Shown: piece after piece, positions 12,523 to 23,600 of the stretch
Position numbering within the stretch: the stretch's first letter is position 1
Layout of the letters: every line of letters starts with the position of its first letter
Source: Anolis carolinensis
Lineage: Eukaryota
Length of the DNA stretch: 64,000 bases
Reading direction: 5' to 3'
NCBI RefSeq assembly: GCF_035594765.1
Contig: NW_026943818.1
Location: forward strand, 2,523,757-2,587,756
Notes under the pieces: model-generated
What the model was told of the DNA's origin: nothing
Seen by the model: only the letters and a program-made list of their open reading frames with translations
Databases searched by the model: none
Position numbers and translations under genes: made by a program

Positions 12523-15500
12523 GAATACCCCGCTTTATCTCTCCCACAGGAGATCCAAAGTGGCTATGTATCTTCTATTATTATTATTATTATTATTGTA
12601 TGACACAGCAAACAAGATACATATGCTGGATTTCATTATTATTATTATTTCCGCAAAGGATGCAGAAATACAGAGAAAAGATGGGCAAAGACACGCATCC
12701 ACTACTAACTTCGAAAACTGGAACACATCGAAGACAAACTTCTCCAGCTTTATCCCGTTGGGTTTGAGCGGCTTTATCAAATTCCCTTCTTTGTCGACAA
12801 AAGGGACCTTCTTAATGGCCACGTGGGGTCTCAGCTGAGGCTCGTATTTCCTAGCAGGAGGGAATAACAGAATCACAGAGCTGCAAGGGATCCTCAAAGG
12901 CCATCCAGTCCAACCCTGAAAAGCAAAAAAGGAGGAGAACTGCAAACATACTCGGCCACATCCCGCAGGAAGTCCCGGGTGAAGAAATGGTTGCAGATAT
13001 TCCCGGCGCTGTAGGTCAAGCGTCCGTCCGGGTTCCGGCTCTGGGCCAATTCGAGGGGCAGCTCGCTGTACTCCACAACCTGGTAGGCTCCTTCCACGCA
13101 ACACACCACGCCCACCGGCTCCTCAGGGCAGGTTTTTTCCACCACCTGCACAATAACAACAACAACAACAACAAAACCACTACAATTAGGAAGCGGATGG
13201 ACCTCTAAGGCGGAAGTAAACCACAAGGTAATAATCTATCCTGTATTTATTATGATTTTACCATTTATGTGTTTTAAATGCAATTTTTTATCCTGTATTT
13301 TTGTTTTAATTGATATATTGTATTACTGTTTTATCTTTTTATAGTGTGATTTGTATTACGTTGCATATATTTTGTCCTGTGTTGTTTGGGCCTCTGCCCC
13401 CTGTAAGCCGCCCCGAGTCCCCGCGGGGAGATGGTGGCGGGGGATAAATAAAGTTTTATTATTATTAAGGTAACCATAAGCAATTCATGAGTAAGCAAAT
13501 ACTGACACAGTCTGAATTAAGGTCTATGTACAAGGTTCTTGGAAGAATGGAATTAAGTAATTTATATGTTTTTTATGCTTTTTATTTATTTATTACAATA
13601 TTTATATCCCGCCCTTCTCACCCAGCAGGGGACTCAGGGTGGCTTTTTAATGTTTGTATAATGCATCTTTACTGATTACTGTTAATGGTTTTAAATGTGT
13701 TGTTCATTTCATTGATTGTTTGGCATTGAATGGGTGTTGTAAGCCGCCTTGAATCCCTTCGGGTGAGAAAGGCGGGGTAAAAATGTTGTAAATAAATAAA
13801 TAAGCCAACAGTGCAGTGCAGCTGCTAAAAAGGCCAATGCGGTTCTAGGCTGCATCAATAGAAGTATAGCAGTCCTAGTTCCTCTCTTCTGTTTTAATCA
13901 GACTTCTTTACCCCTTGTCTCCACTTCTGGGAGTCCAGTGGAGTTGTTTTCCTTCTCTGGAGGTCTTAAGCAGAGGCTGGATGGCCGTCTGTTGGGAGGG
14001 CTTGGATTGTGCCTTCCTGCCGGATAGAAAGGAGTTGGACTGGAAGGCCCTTGGGATTTCCGCTAAGGGATGAAGGCTGAGACTTTCAAGGAATAAATGA
14101 TAAACACGGATGGACCTATGGATACAGTATGAGGTTGTATGGACGAACGGATCTGATCGAATGTTTTAAATTTATATATTGTAATTTTATATTGCATTTA
14201 ATAGTCTTAATTGATTTTATGTATTGTTCGATATTGTTTTTGTGTGGGCATCGAATTGTGGCCATTGTTGTAGACCGCCCTGAGTCCCTTTGGGTGAGAA
14301 AGGCGGGATGCAAATGTTGGAAATAAATAAATAAGACTGCCTCCTCTTAGTTTGGACCCAAACCAGGCTGGGCTGTGGCGCAGGCTGGTCAGCAGCCAGC
14401 TGCAACAAATCACTCTGACCAAGAGGTCATGAGTTCGAGGCCTGCCCATGCCTCTGTCTCTGTCTCTGTTCTATGTTATGGCATTGAATGTTTGCCTTAT
14501 ATGTGCAATGTGATCCGCCCTGAGTCCCCTTTGAGGTGAGAAGGACGGAATATAAATACTGTAAAGAAATAAATAAATAAACCACGACAAGGGAGAGAAC
14601 GGGAAGCCCGGCTGCTTCCTGGCAGGACGTCACCTTTGCTCCGCAATCGGCCCCCTTGCAGACGGCAAACCCGACGAAGACGGGGTCGGCCATTTTGATC
14701 AGGATGTTGTCCACGCAGTAGACGTGGACGTACCGGACGCCACGCCGCTCCATGTCCTCCAGGATCTTGTGGTCCGCCAGGGCACGGTAGAGGCCCCCGT
14801 TGCCATCTGGGGCACAGAGAGCAAGGCCTGAAGCACCTGGACTAGGACTCCCACCATCCCCCCTGGCCTGGCCGGGAAACAGGGCGTACCTGGAGCCAGG
14901 GCCACCTTCCCCTTCGCCTCCAAGATGACCTTGCCTTCGAAGTCCACGGCCGGCAGCATCCGCTGCTCAAACAAGACCACGTCCGACTTCTCCAGGCCGA
15001 AATAGCCGTGGCGCTGGAAGAACTCCTCCGTCGGGCCCAAGGTGAACTCGCTGGTCATGATGTACCTGCGAGGAAATGCCCAGGTGAGCTACGGCTCCTG
15101 ATACAGATGCCTCCTGTCCTGATAGATCAGTGGCTCCCAAACTTATTTGGCCTGCTGCCGCCTTTCCAGAAAAAATATGACTCAGCGCCCCTGGAAAAGG
15201 GGGCGTGGCTTAGAGGGGTGGGCGTGGCTCCTGCTCAAGGGGGCGGGACTGAGCCTCTCCCCTAGTCAAGAGGGCGGGGCCACAAATGGGCAGCCAGGAA
15301 TGGGATGGGCGGAGTTACGAGCTCTGAGGCAGGGCTGAGCATCTATCCCTGTCCTAAGGTGCCTGCCAGGACACAGAGGAGGGGGCGGGGCCTCTATACC
15401 CCACCCCCGTGTTCTAACAAGCGCCTCAGGGGAGATATACAGAGGCTCAGCCCTGTCTCGGGCTCTTGGGAAAAGGCCCCGCCCCCACCCCTAGCCCCAC

Positions 15501-17228
15501 CCTTTAGTCAGGCCTCTCAGGAGAAATATAGAGGCTCAGCCCTGTCTCGGGCTCTTGGAAGGAGGCCCCGCCCCCATCCCTAGCCCCACCCTTTAGTCAG
15601 GCCTCTCAGGAGAAATATAGAGGCTCAGCCCTGTCTCGGGCTCTTGGGAAGAGGCCCCGCCCCCACCCCTAGCCCCACCCTTTAGTCAGGCCTCTCAGGA
15701 GAGGTATAGAGGCTCAGCCCTGTCTCGGGCTCTTGGAAGGAGGCCCTGCCCCCATCCCTAGCCCCACCCTTTAGTCAAGCCTCTCAGGAGAAATATAGAG
15801 GCTCAGCCCTGTCTCAGGCTCTTGGGAAGAGGCCCCGCCCCCACCCCTAGCCCCACCCTTTAGTCAGGCCTCTCAGGAGAAATATAGAGGCTCAGCCCTG
15901 TCTCAGGCACTTGGAAGGAGGCCCCGCCCCTAGCCCCACCCCCACCCTTTAGTCCTAAAAGGCCTCTCAGGAGAGGTATAGAGGCTCAGCCCTGTCTCGG
16001 GCTCTTGGAAGGAGGCCCCGCCCCCACCCCTAGCCCCACCCTTTAGTCAGGCCTCTCAAGAGAGGTATAGAGGCTCAGCCCTGTCTCAGGCTCTTGGAAG
16101 GAGGCCCCGCCCCTAGCCCCACCCCCACCCTTTAGTCCTAAAAGGCCTCTCAGGAGAGGTATAGAGGCTCAGCCCTGTCTCGGGCTCTTGGAAGGAGGCC
16201 CCGCCCCCACCCCTAGCCCCACCCTTTAGTCAGGCCTCTCAAGAGAGGTATAGAGGCTCAGCCCTGTCTCAGGCTCTTGGAAGGAGGCCCCGCCCCTAGC
16301 CCCACCCCCACCCTTTAGTCCTAAAAGGCCTCTCAGGAGAGGTATAGAGGCTCAGCCCTGTCTCAGGCTCTTGGAAGGAGGCCCCGCCCCCGCCCCCACC
16401 CCTAGCCCCACCCTTTAGTCAGGCCTCTCAAGAGAGGTATAGAGGCTCAGCCCTGTCTCAGGCTCTTGGAAGGAGGCCCCGCCCCCTTCCCTAGCTCCGC
16501 CCTCTGTGTTCCAACAAGCGCCTCGGGAGAGGTATAGATTCTCAGCCCTGTCTCGGGCTCTTGGGAAGACGCCACGCCCACTCTAGCTCTGCCCCCTGTG
16601 TCCTAACAGGCGCCTCGGGTGCTCAGCCCTGTTTCCAGCACTTGGGATAGAAGCTCAGCCCTGCCTCAGAGCTCGTAACTCCAGCGCCCACTTTGGGAAT
16701 CACTGTGATAAGAGGATGCATTCTATCAATCTGTTAACATTATATGTTGACTTTGCACCCTGGGTGCACAATTCCCCCCCCCCCCAAGAGTATGGGGCTG
16801 GGGTTGCCATGGCACCCACCACGGGACGGTGCAGCGCCCTCCGAAGCGCTCTCCCGCCAGATGCTGCACCCGTCGAAGGCGCTCGGCCTGGATCTGGTAG
16901 AGGGTCTTGCGGCTGGGCAGCCCCACGTCGTACATGCCCTTGGGGTAGGGCACCCCCAGGCGCGTCCCTTGCCCCCCGGCCAGCAGCAGCGCCGCCACCT
17001 CGTTCTGGGAGATCCGGCGGAGACCTTCGAAAGAAAAGGAGGACACACTCTGCACATGCTCAGAGGCAGCAGGGCCTGGGGCACAGAAGCCTTTGGGCTC
17101 CTGTATGGCGTGGAATCAGAGAATCCTAGATGGGAAGAGACCCCAAAGGCCATCCAGTCCAGTGACATTTCTGCCAGGCAGGAAGGCACAATCCAAGCCC
17201 TCCTGACAGATGGCCATACATTTATTTC

Positions 17229-17281
<53 letters not shown>

Positions 17282-18864
17282 GAGCTGGAAGGGATCCCAA
17301 GGGCCCCCTTCTGCTAAGTTGTAAGATATAATTACTATTACTATTACTACTACAGTAGAGTCTCACTTATTCTAACACTCGCTTATCCAACATTCTGGAT
17401 TATCCAACACATTTTTGTAGTCAATGTTTTCAATATATCGTGATATTTTGGTGCTAAATTTGTAAATACAGTAATTACTACATAGCATTACTGCATATTG
17501 AACTACTTTTTCTGTCAAATTTGTTGTATAACATGATGTTTTAGTGCTTAAAAGGTAAAATCATAACCTAATTTGATGTTTCATAGGCTTCTCCTTAATC
17601 TCTCCTTATTATCCAACGTATTCGCTTATCTAATGTTCTGCTGGCCCGTTTACGTTGGATAAGCGAAACTCTACTGTATTATTATTATGCCAAGTAGGAA
17701 TGAATATGTGATTATAATATTGTAATTTATTATATTACATAGCATCATATTATACTTTATTATATTATTATATATTATTATATATGATATTACATATTAT
17801 CATATTTAATTTATTACATTATATATTATTATATATTATATAATATAATACATTATAATATTATATTATAATGCATATTATTATATATTACAATAATACA
17901 ATTTATTATATTACATATTATCATATTATAATTATTATATAATACATTATCACAATTGATTATGTTACATATTATGTAATTATATTATTATATATTATAC
18001 TATATTTTATATTACTGTATTATATATTATATTACATATTATTATATTATTGATATTGTTATATATTATAATATTATCATATAATTGATTATATTACATA
18101 TTATATTATAACTTATTATTATATATTATAAATTTTATATTACATATTGTTCTATTATTATTTATTATATATTATTATTATCTTATAATACATTATTATT
18201 ATTATTATACATTATTATTGTTATTATTGCTAGACTCCTAGAGTTGGGAGGAACCCCAGGGGTCATCGAGTCCATATTATAATTTATTATATTACATATA
18301 TTATATTATATTATATAGTATTTTAATATATTACACATTATTATAAGTTATCATATTATATTATCAATTATTATATATTATTCATATATTACACATTATT
18401 ATTATTTATATATTATTATACATTATTATTATTATTGCTGGACTCCTACAGTTGGGAGGGACCCCAAGGGCCATCGAGTCCATATTATAAATTATATTAT
18501 ATTATTGATTATTATATATTATTCATATATTATACATTATTATTATTAATATATTATTATACATTCTTATTATTATTATTATTGCTAGACTCCTAGAGTT
18601 GGGAGGGACCCCACGGGCCATCGAGTCCAGCCCCCTCCTGCCTTCCCGACAGGCACAAGTGAACCCCTCCCGGCAGAGGCCCAGCCGGAGCTCACCTTCC
18701 TCCTCCCAGCGCGCCCGCTCCCCGGGGGGGCTCCTGGCGGCGCTGCCGAAGAAGGCGGGCGGGACGGGCTGCATGGGGCCGCGGGGGAGCCCCGCCCGGC
18801 TCTGCTCTTCCCGGTAGGCCCGGACTGCCCTCCGGCCGTGCTCTTCCAGGCCCGCCTCCTCCAT
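4730..18864 (-). CDS. UAP1L1: UDP-N-acetylhexosamine pyrophosphorylase-like 1, 9 exons, 466 aa as modelled
   Basis: Exons 18864-18696, 17024-16820, 15065-14890, 14806-14634, 13145-12952, 12850-12710, 11560-11375, 9299-9233, 4819-4730 (TGA). All introns are GT-AG with consistent phases (1401 nt). Motifs [60 protein letters not shown]. Lies between MAN1B1 and SAPCD2. The start codon is less certain than the rest. Confidence 0.95.
4944..7388 (-). mobile_element. 2.4-kb non-autonomous Helitron with GC-rich cargo in UAP1L1 intron 8
   Basis: Minus strand reads A|TCTATATATATAAAAGAGTGATGGCATC ... GCCACAGCAACGCGTGGCCGGGCACAGCTAG|T, with no TSD. Confidence 0.88.
7960..9100. repeat. 218-bp tandem repeat x5 (AT-rich sequence plus LINE/SINE tail)
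   Basis: gtaagccgct.tgagtcccc recurs at about 8165, 8383, 8601, 8819 and 9032. Confidence 0.85.
10494..10816. mobile_element. Tc1/mariner-type MITE (about 320 bp), representative of a family with more than 12 copies
   Basis: TA-flanked TIR cagtagagtctcacttatccaa. Other copies at 3124-3428, 10052-10358, 17353-17676, 21364-21686, 22481-22802, 23298-23620, 26745-27056, 29443-29733, 29856-30163, 46714-47036, 59106-59427 and inside Helitrons. Confidence 0.88.
10857..10899 (+). ncRNA. Minimal hammerhead ribozyme motif (Penelope-derived)
   Basis: cct-CTGAGGA-t-gcctgc-catagat-gtgggc-GAAA-C-GTC|agg. Intact core, stem II, palindromic ACGT stem III. Predicted cleavage after 10894. Confidence 0.65.
11895..12640 (-). 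mobile_element. Cluster of short Dong/R4 3' ends within (TTA)n microsatellites
   Basis: Repeated tatgacacagcaaac..gatatgctggatttcgtatcacaaaatcacaagtcgaacac, matching the 3' end at about 43540-43630. Confidence 0.75.
15128..16705. mobile_element. hAT-like non-autonomous element with an internal ~90-bp GC-rich minisatellite (about 13 units)
   Basis: Termini cagtggctcccaaa / tttgggaatcactg. Partial TSD tgatagat/tgataaga. Confidence 0.7.
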
Positions 18865-19710
18865 CGCCGTCTCTTCCCTTTGCTTAGCCAAGCAGGAAGG
18901 GGGCGTGGCCCTGTAGAAGAAGGGGCGTGGTTATGGAGAATCCAAGAGGATTTATTAAGTTAGCAAACCTGCTCCTCAGCCAATGGCCAGTCAGAACTCC
19001 CCCTGCTCTGTCCAATGAGCGCGGAGGGACGTGGCGTGGCTGACGTCGTCCCATTGTGACGTCCCAGCGGCGGCCCATTCAAATCCAACCTGCTCCTCAG
19101 CCAAGTGGGCAGTCTGTCCAATGAGCGCAGAGGGGCGTGGCGTCCTAGCGGCGGCCCATTCAAATCCAACCTGCTCCTCAGCCAAGTGGGCAGTCTGTCC
19201 AATGAGCGCGGAGGGGCGTGGCGTGGCTGACGTCCCATTGTGACGTCCCAGTGGCGGCCCATTCAAATCCAACCTGCTCCTCAGCCAAGGGGGCAGTCTG
19301 TCCAATGAGCGCGGAGGGGCGTGGCGTGGCTGACGTCCCAGTGGCGGCCCATTCAAATCCAACCTGCTCCTCAGCCAATGGCCAGTCAGAACTCCCCCTG
19401 CTCTGTCCAATGAGCGTAGAGGGGCGTGGCGTGGCTGACGTCCCATTGTGACGTCCCAGTGGCGGCCCATTCAAATCCAACCTGCTCCTCAGCCAAGTGG
19501 GCAGTCTGTCCAATGAGCGCGGAGGGGCGTGGCGTGGCTGACGTCCCAGTGGCGGCCCATTCAAATCCAACCTGCTCCTCAGCCAAGTGGGCAGTCTGTC
19601 CAATGAGCGCGAAGGGGCGTGGCGTGCCTGGCGCCGTCCCATTGAGGAGCGCGGAACGTTGTGACGTCAGAGCGGCGGCCCATTCAAGCCGGGGGACGGT
19701 TGGCCCATTG
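18865..19710. promoter_or_regulatory. UAP1L1/SAPCD2 bidirectional promoter composed of about 7 tandem 80-120 bp modules
   Basis: 846 nt between divergent ATGs. Repeated CCAAT, GGGGCGTGGC, TGACGTC and TTCAAA (CHR) elements. Confidence 0.85.
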
Positions 19711-20599
19711 ATGGCTCCGGGTGAGGCGCTCCCGCCGGCCTTCCTGCGCAGCCTGCGCACCCTCTTCGACCTGCTGGACGAGCGCGGGCGGGGCTTCGTG
19801 CACCTGCGGGAGATCGAGTCTCGCTGGCTGCTGCCCGGGGACGGGGTGCGCGAGGGCCTGCGCGGCGCCGCCTCCCCCGACGGGACCCTCACCTTCGAGC
19901 GCCTCCTCCTCGGCCTCCGCGCCTCCCTCCCCGCCCACAGGCCGACGCAGGGTCCTAATGCCCCACCTCTACCCTCCAAACAGGACGTCCCGCGGCGGAC
20001 GGGAAGAAACCGGAGGCACACCATCACCAGCGGAGTCGACTACGGCATGGTACCCTCACTTCTGTCCATCATACTAACCTTTGGGTTGCTTTGAGTTTCC
20101 CCAGAAGCACTCTCTCCTGACGTTTCGCCCACATCTATAGTCAGAGGTTGAGAGATCTGTTGGAAACTAAGTCAGTGAGGTCTCTATCTCTCTGGAATGT
20201 CCAGTTTGGGGAAATCCCACAATCAGGGCCAGCTAACACCTCCCGGGAGGGGAGAGGAATCCAATTTATTTATTTATGTATTTATTTACTACATTTATAT
20301 CCACTCAGAGTGGCTTACAAATCCAATGAACATACAATATATCAGGGGTCCCCAAACTTTTTAAGCAGAGGGCCGGTCCACAACCCTTCAGACTGTGGAG
20401 GGGCCGAATTATCATTTGAAAAAAAATACAAACAAATTCCTATGCACACTGCACATGTCTTATTTGTAGTGCAACAACAACAACAACGAAAGAATACAAT
20501 ATTTTAAAATGAAAACAATTTTAACCAACACAAACCTATTAGGATTTCAATGGAATGTGTGGGCCTGCTACTGGCCAATGATAGTCAAGTTAATTAGGG

Positions 20600-20630
<31 letters not shown>

Positions 20631-23600
20631 GTGCCTTTAAGTCATGTCAGACTTTGGCTGAGCCTAAGTCTAAAATTATTTATTTACTGCGTTTATTTAT
20701 TACATTTATATCCCACCCTTCTCACCCCGAAGGGGACTCAGAGCAGCTGTATGTACATACAGTATATTGTATTATTAGCATAACACAATATTAGCATTAT
20801 ATATTACTGTATTGAACTATACCACTATACTATTATATAATATGTAATATATAACATATAATTAATATTATTATATAGTATTACTATTAGTATTATATTG
20901 TATAACATAAGATTATTATCAATATTATATGTATATACAATATATTATATTATTAAAACTGATATAAAAATATTATATTATAAAACTGAGGATGGGGGCC
21001 AGGTAAATGACCTTGGAGGGCCGCATCCGGCCCCCGGGCCTTAGTTTGGGGACCCCTGCAATATATCATTAGCATAGCATAATATAAGCATGAAATTACT
21101 ATATTGTACTATATCATTGTATGGTAATATTATTAGTAATATTACATTTAATCTATAATATATTATTAATAATATTATATAATAATATATTATTATTAGT
21201 ATAATATTGTATTTATTACATTTATATCCCGCTCTTCTCACCCCGAAGGGGACTCAGAGCGGCGTACAAATCCAATGTACATACAATATATTATTAGCAT
21301 AGTACAATGTAAGCATTAAATTACTATATTGTACTATATCATTATATGGTAATATTATTAGTACAGTAGAGTCTCACTTATCCAACACTCACTTATACAA
21401 CGGTCTGGATTATCCAACGCATTTTTGTAGTCAGCGTTTTCAATTCATCATGATATTTTGGTGCTAAATTCGTAAATACAGTAATTACTACATAGCATTA
21501 CTGCGTATTGAACTACTTCTTCTGTCAAATTTATTGTATAACATGATGTTTTGGTGCTTAATTTGTAAAATCATAACCTAATTTGATGTTTAATAGGCGT
21601 TTCCTTAATCTCTCCTTATTATCCAACATATTCGCTTATCCAACGTTCTGTTGGCCCGTTTAGCTTGGATAAGTGAGACTCTACTGTATATTGTACTATA
21701 TCATTATATGGTAATATTATTAGTAATATTACATTTAATATATAATATATTATTAATATTATTATATTGTATTATTAGTAGTATAATGTATTCCATTGTA
21801 ATATTATTATCAATATTATATGTATATTTTATTTATTTATTTACTACATTTATAGTCAATGTTTTCAATATATCGTGATATTTTGGTGCTAAATTTTGGT
21901 GCTCCTCACTGAGGTTCTCATTGCTCCTTGGATGTGGGTGGACTACAACTCCCATCGTCCAGGGTCAATTCCCCTCTGACCCCACCAATATTTTAGGATG
22001 TTCATGATGGGACTGTGTGCCAAGTTTGGTCCAGACCTATCATTGGTGGGATTCCTTGTGCTGTTTGATTATGGGTGTACTACAACTCCCATCATTCTGA
22101 ATCAATCCACACACCCCCAACCCACCAGTATTCAAAGTTCACCATGTCAGCTAGGTGTGCCCGGTTTGGTCCAGGTCCATCATCATTGAGGTTCACATTG
22201 CTCTATGGATGTGGGTGGACTACAACTCCCATCGTCCAGGGTCAATTCCCCTCACAAAGTGAGCAAGGCCTAAAGGGGGTGGGGCCTACCCTTCTGACTG
22301 GCAGCCAGGGAAGAACGGCTCTTCCTCGTCCTCTGTAATTTATTTTTATAGGGTTTTTTTTATTGAAAGGCATAGATTGGATGACTATGTCTTTTGTGGC
22401 CAGATTTGTTGTGATTTGGTTCAGTGGTTTTGTTGTTTACATTTGCACATTACATGTTGCACATTACATTTTTATATATACAGTAGAGTCTCACTAATCC
22501 AAGCCTCGCTTATCCAAGCCTCTGGATAATCCAAGCCATTTTGTAGTCAATGTTTTCAATACATCATGATATTTTGGTGCTAAATTCGTAAATACAGTAA
22601 TTACAACATAACATTACTGCGTATTGAACTACTTTTTCTGTCAAATTTGTTGTATAACATGAAGTTTTGGTGCTTAATTTGTAAAATCATAACCTAATTT
22701 GATGTTTAATAGGCTTTTCCTTAATCCCTCCTTATTATCCAAGTTATTCGCTTATCCAAGCTTCTGCCGGCCCGTTTATGTTGGATAAGTGAGACTCTAG
22801 TGTAGATACTAGCTGTGCCCAGCCACGCGTTGCTGTGGCGAAGTCTGGTGTTCTGGGAAATAAAGTATTGAGGAATTGGTGGTAGTTAAGGTAAAGGGTA
22901 AAGGTTTTCCCCTGACATTAAGTCCAGTCGTGTCTGACTCTTGGGGTTGGTGCTCATCTTGAGTCTACACTGCCATATAATCCAGTTGAAATCAGATAAT
23001 CTGTAGTTTATAGGCAGTGTGGAAGAGGCCTAACTATGCCTGTCCCCTAGGCTGAGCAGGTTGCTAAGAGACCAAGTGGGTGGAGCTTAGCCTTCTAACT
23101 GGCAGCAATTGGATACAAACAATTATTCCTCTCCCTCTAATCAGGACTTAATTTTTCTTTTCCTTTTGTTGTATGAACGTAAAGGCATGGATGAGGGGTT
23201 TTGCTACCAAGTTTAGTGTTTCTGGGATGTGTAGTTTTGTTGTTTTGTCCTAGGCTGAAATTTCATTACCCTTTTTATATATATATGTTTGTATGTACAG
23301 TAGAGTCTCACTTATCCAACACTCGCTTATCCAACGTTCTGGATTATCCAATGCATTTTTGTAGTCAATGTTTTCAATACATCGTGATATTTTGGTGCCA
23401 AGTTTGTAAATACAGTAATTCCTACATAGCATTACTGTGTATTGAACTAGTTTTTCTGCCAAATTTATTGTACAACATGATGTTTTGGTGCTTAATTTGT
23501 AAAATCATAACCTCATTTGATGTTTAATAGGCTTTTCCTTAATCCCTCCTTACTATCCAACATATTCACTTATCCAACGTTCTGCCGACCCGTTTATGTT

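Noticed and set aside
12173-12838. Poly-Leu/Ile/Tyr/Asn ORFs here and elsewhere
   Set aside because: They are translations of (TTA)n microsatellites.
16803-16816. X-box-like GTTGCCATGGCACC at the UAP1L1 intron 2 donor
   Set aside because: It is a single imperfect site overlapping a splice signal with no supporting context.
18884-20027. ORFs across the promoter array as a repeat protein or the missing UAP1L1 N-terminus
   Set aside because: They are stop-poor GC-rich repeat translations with no UAP1 similarity.
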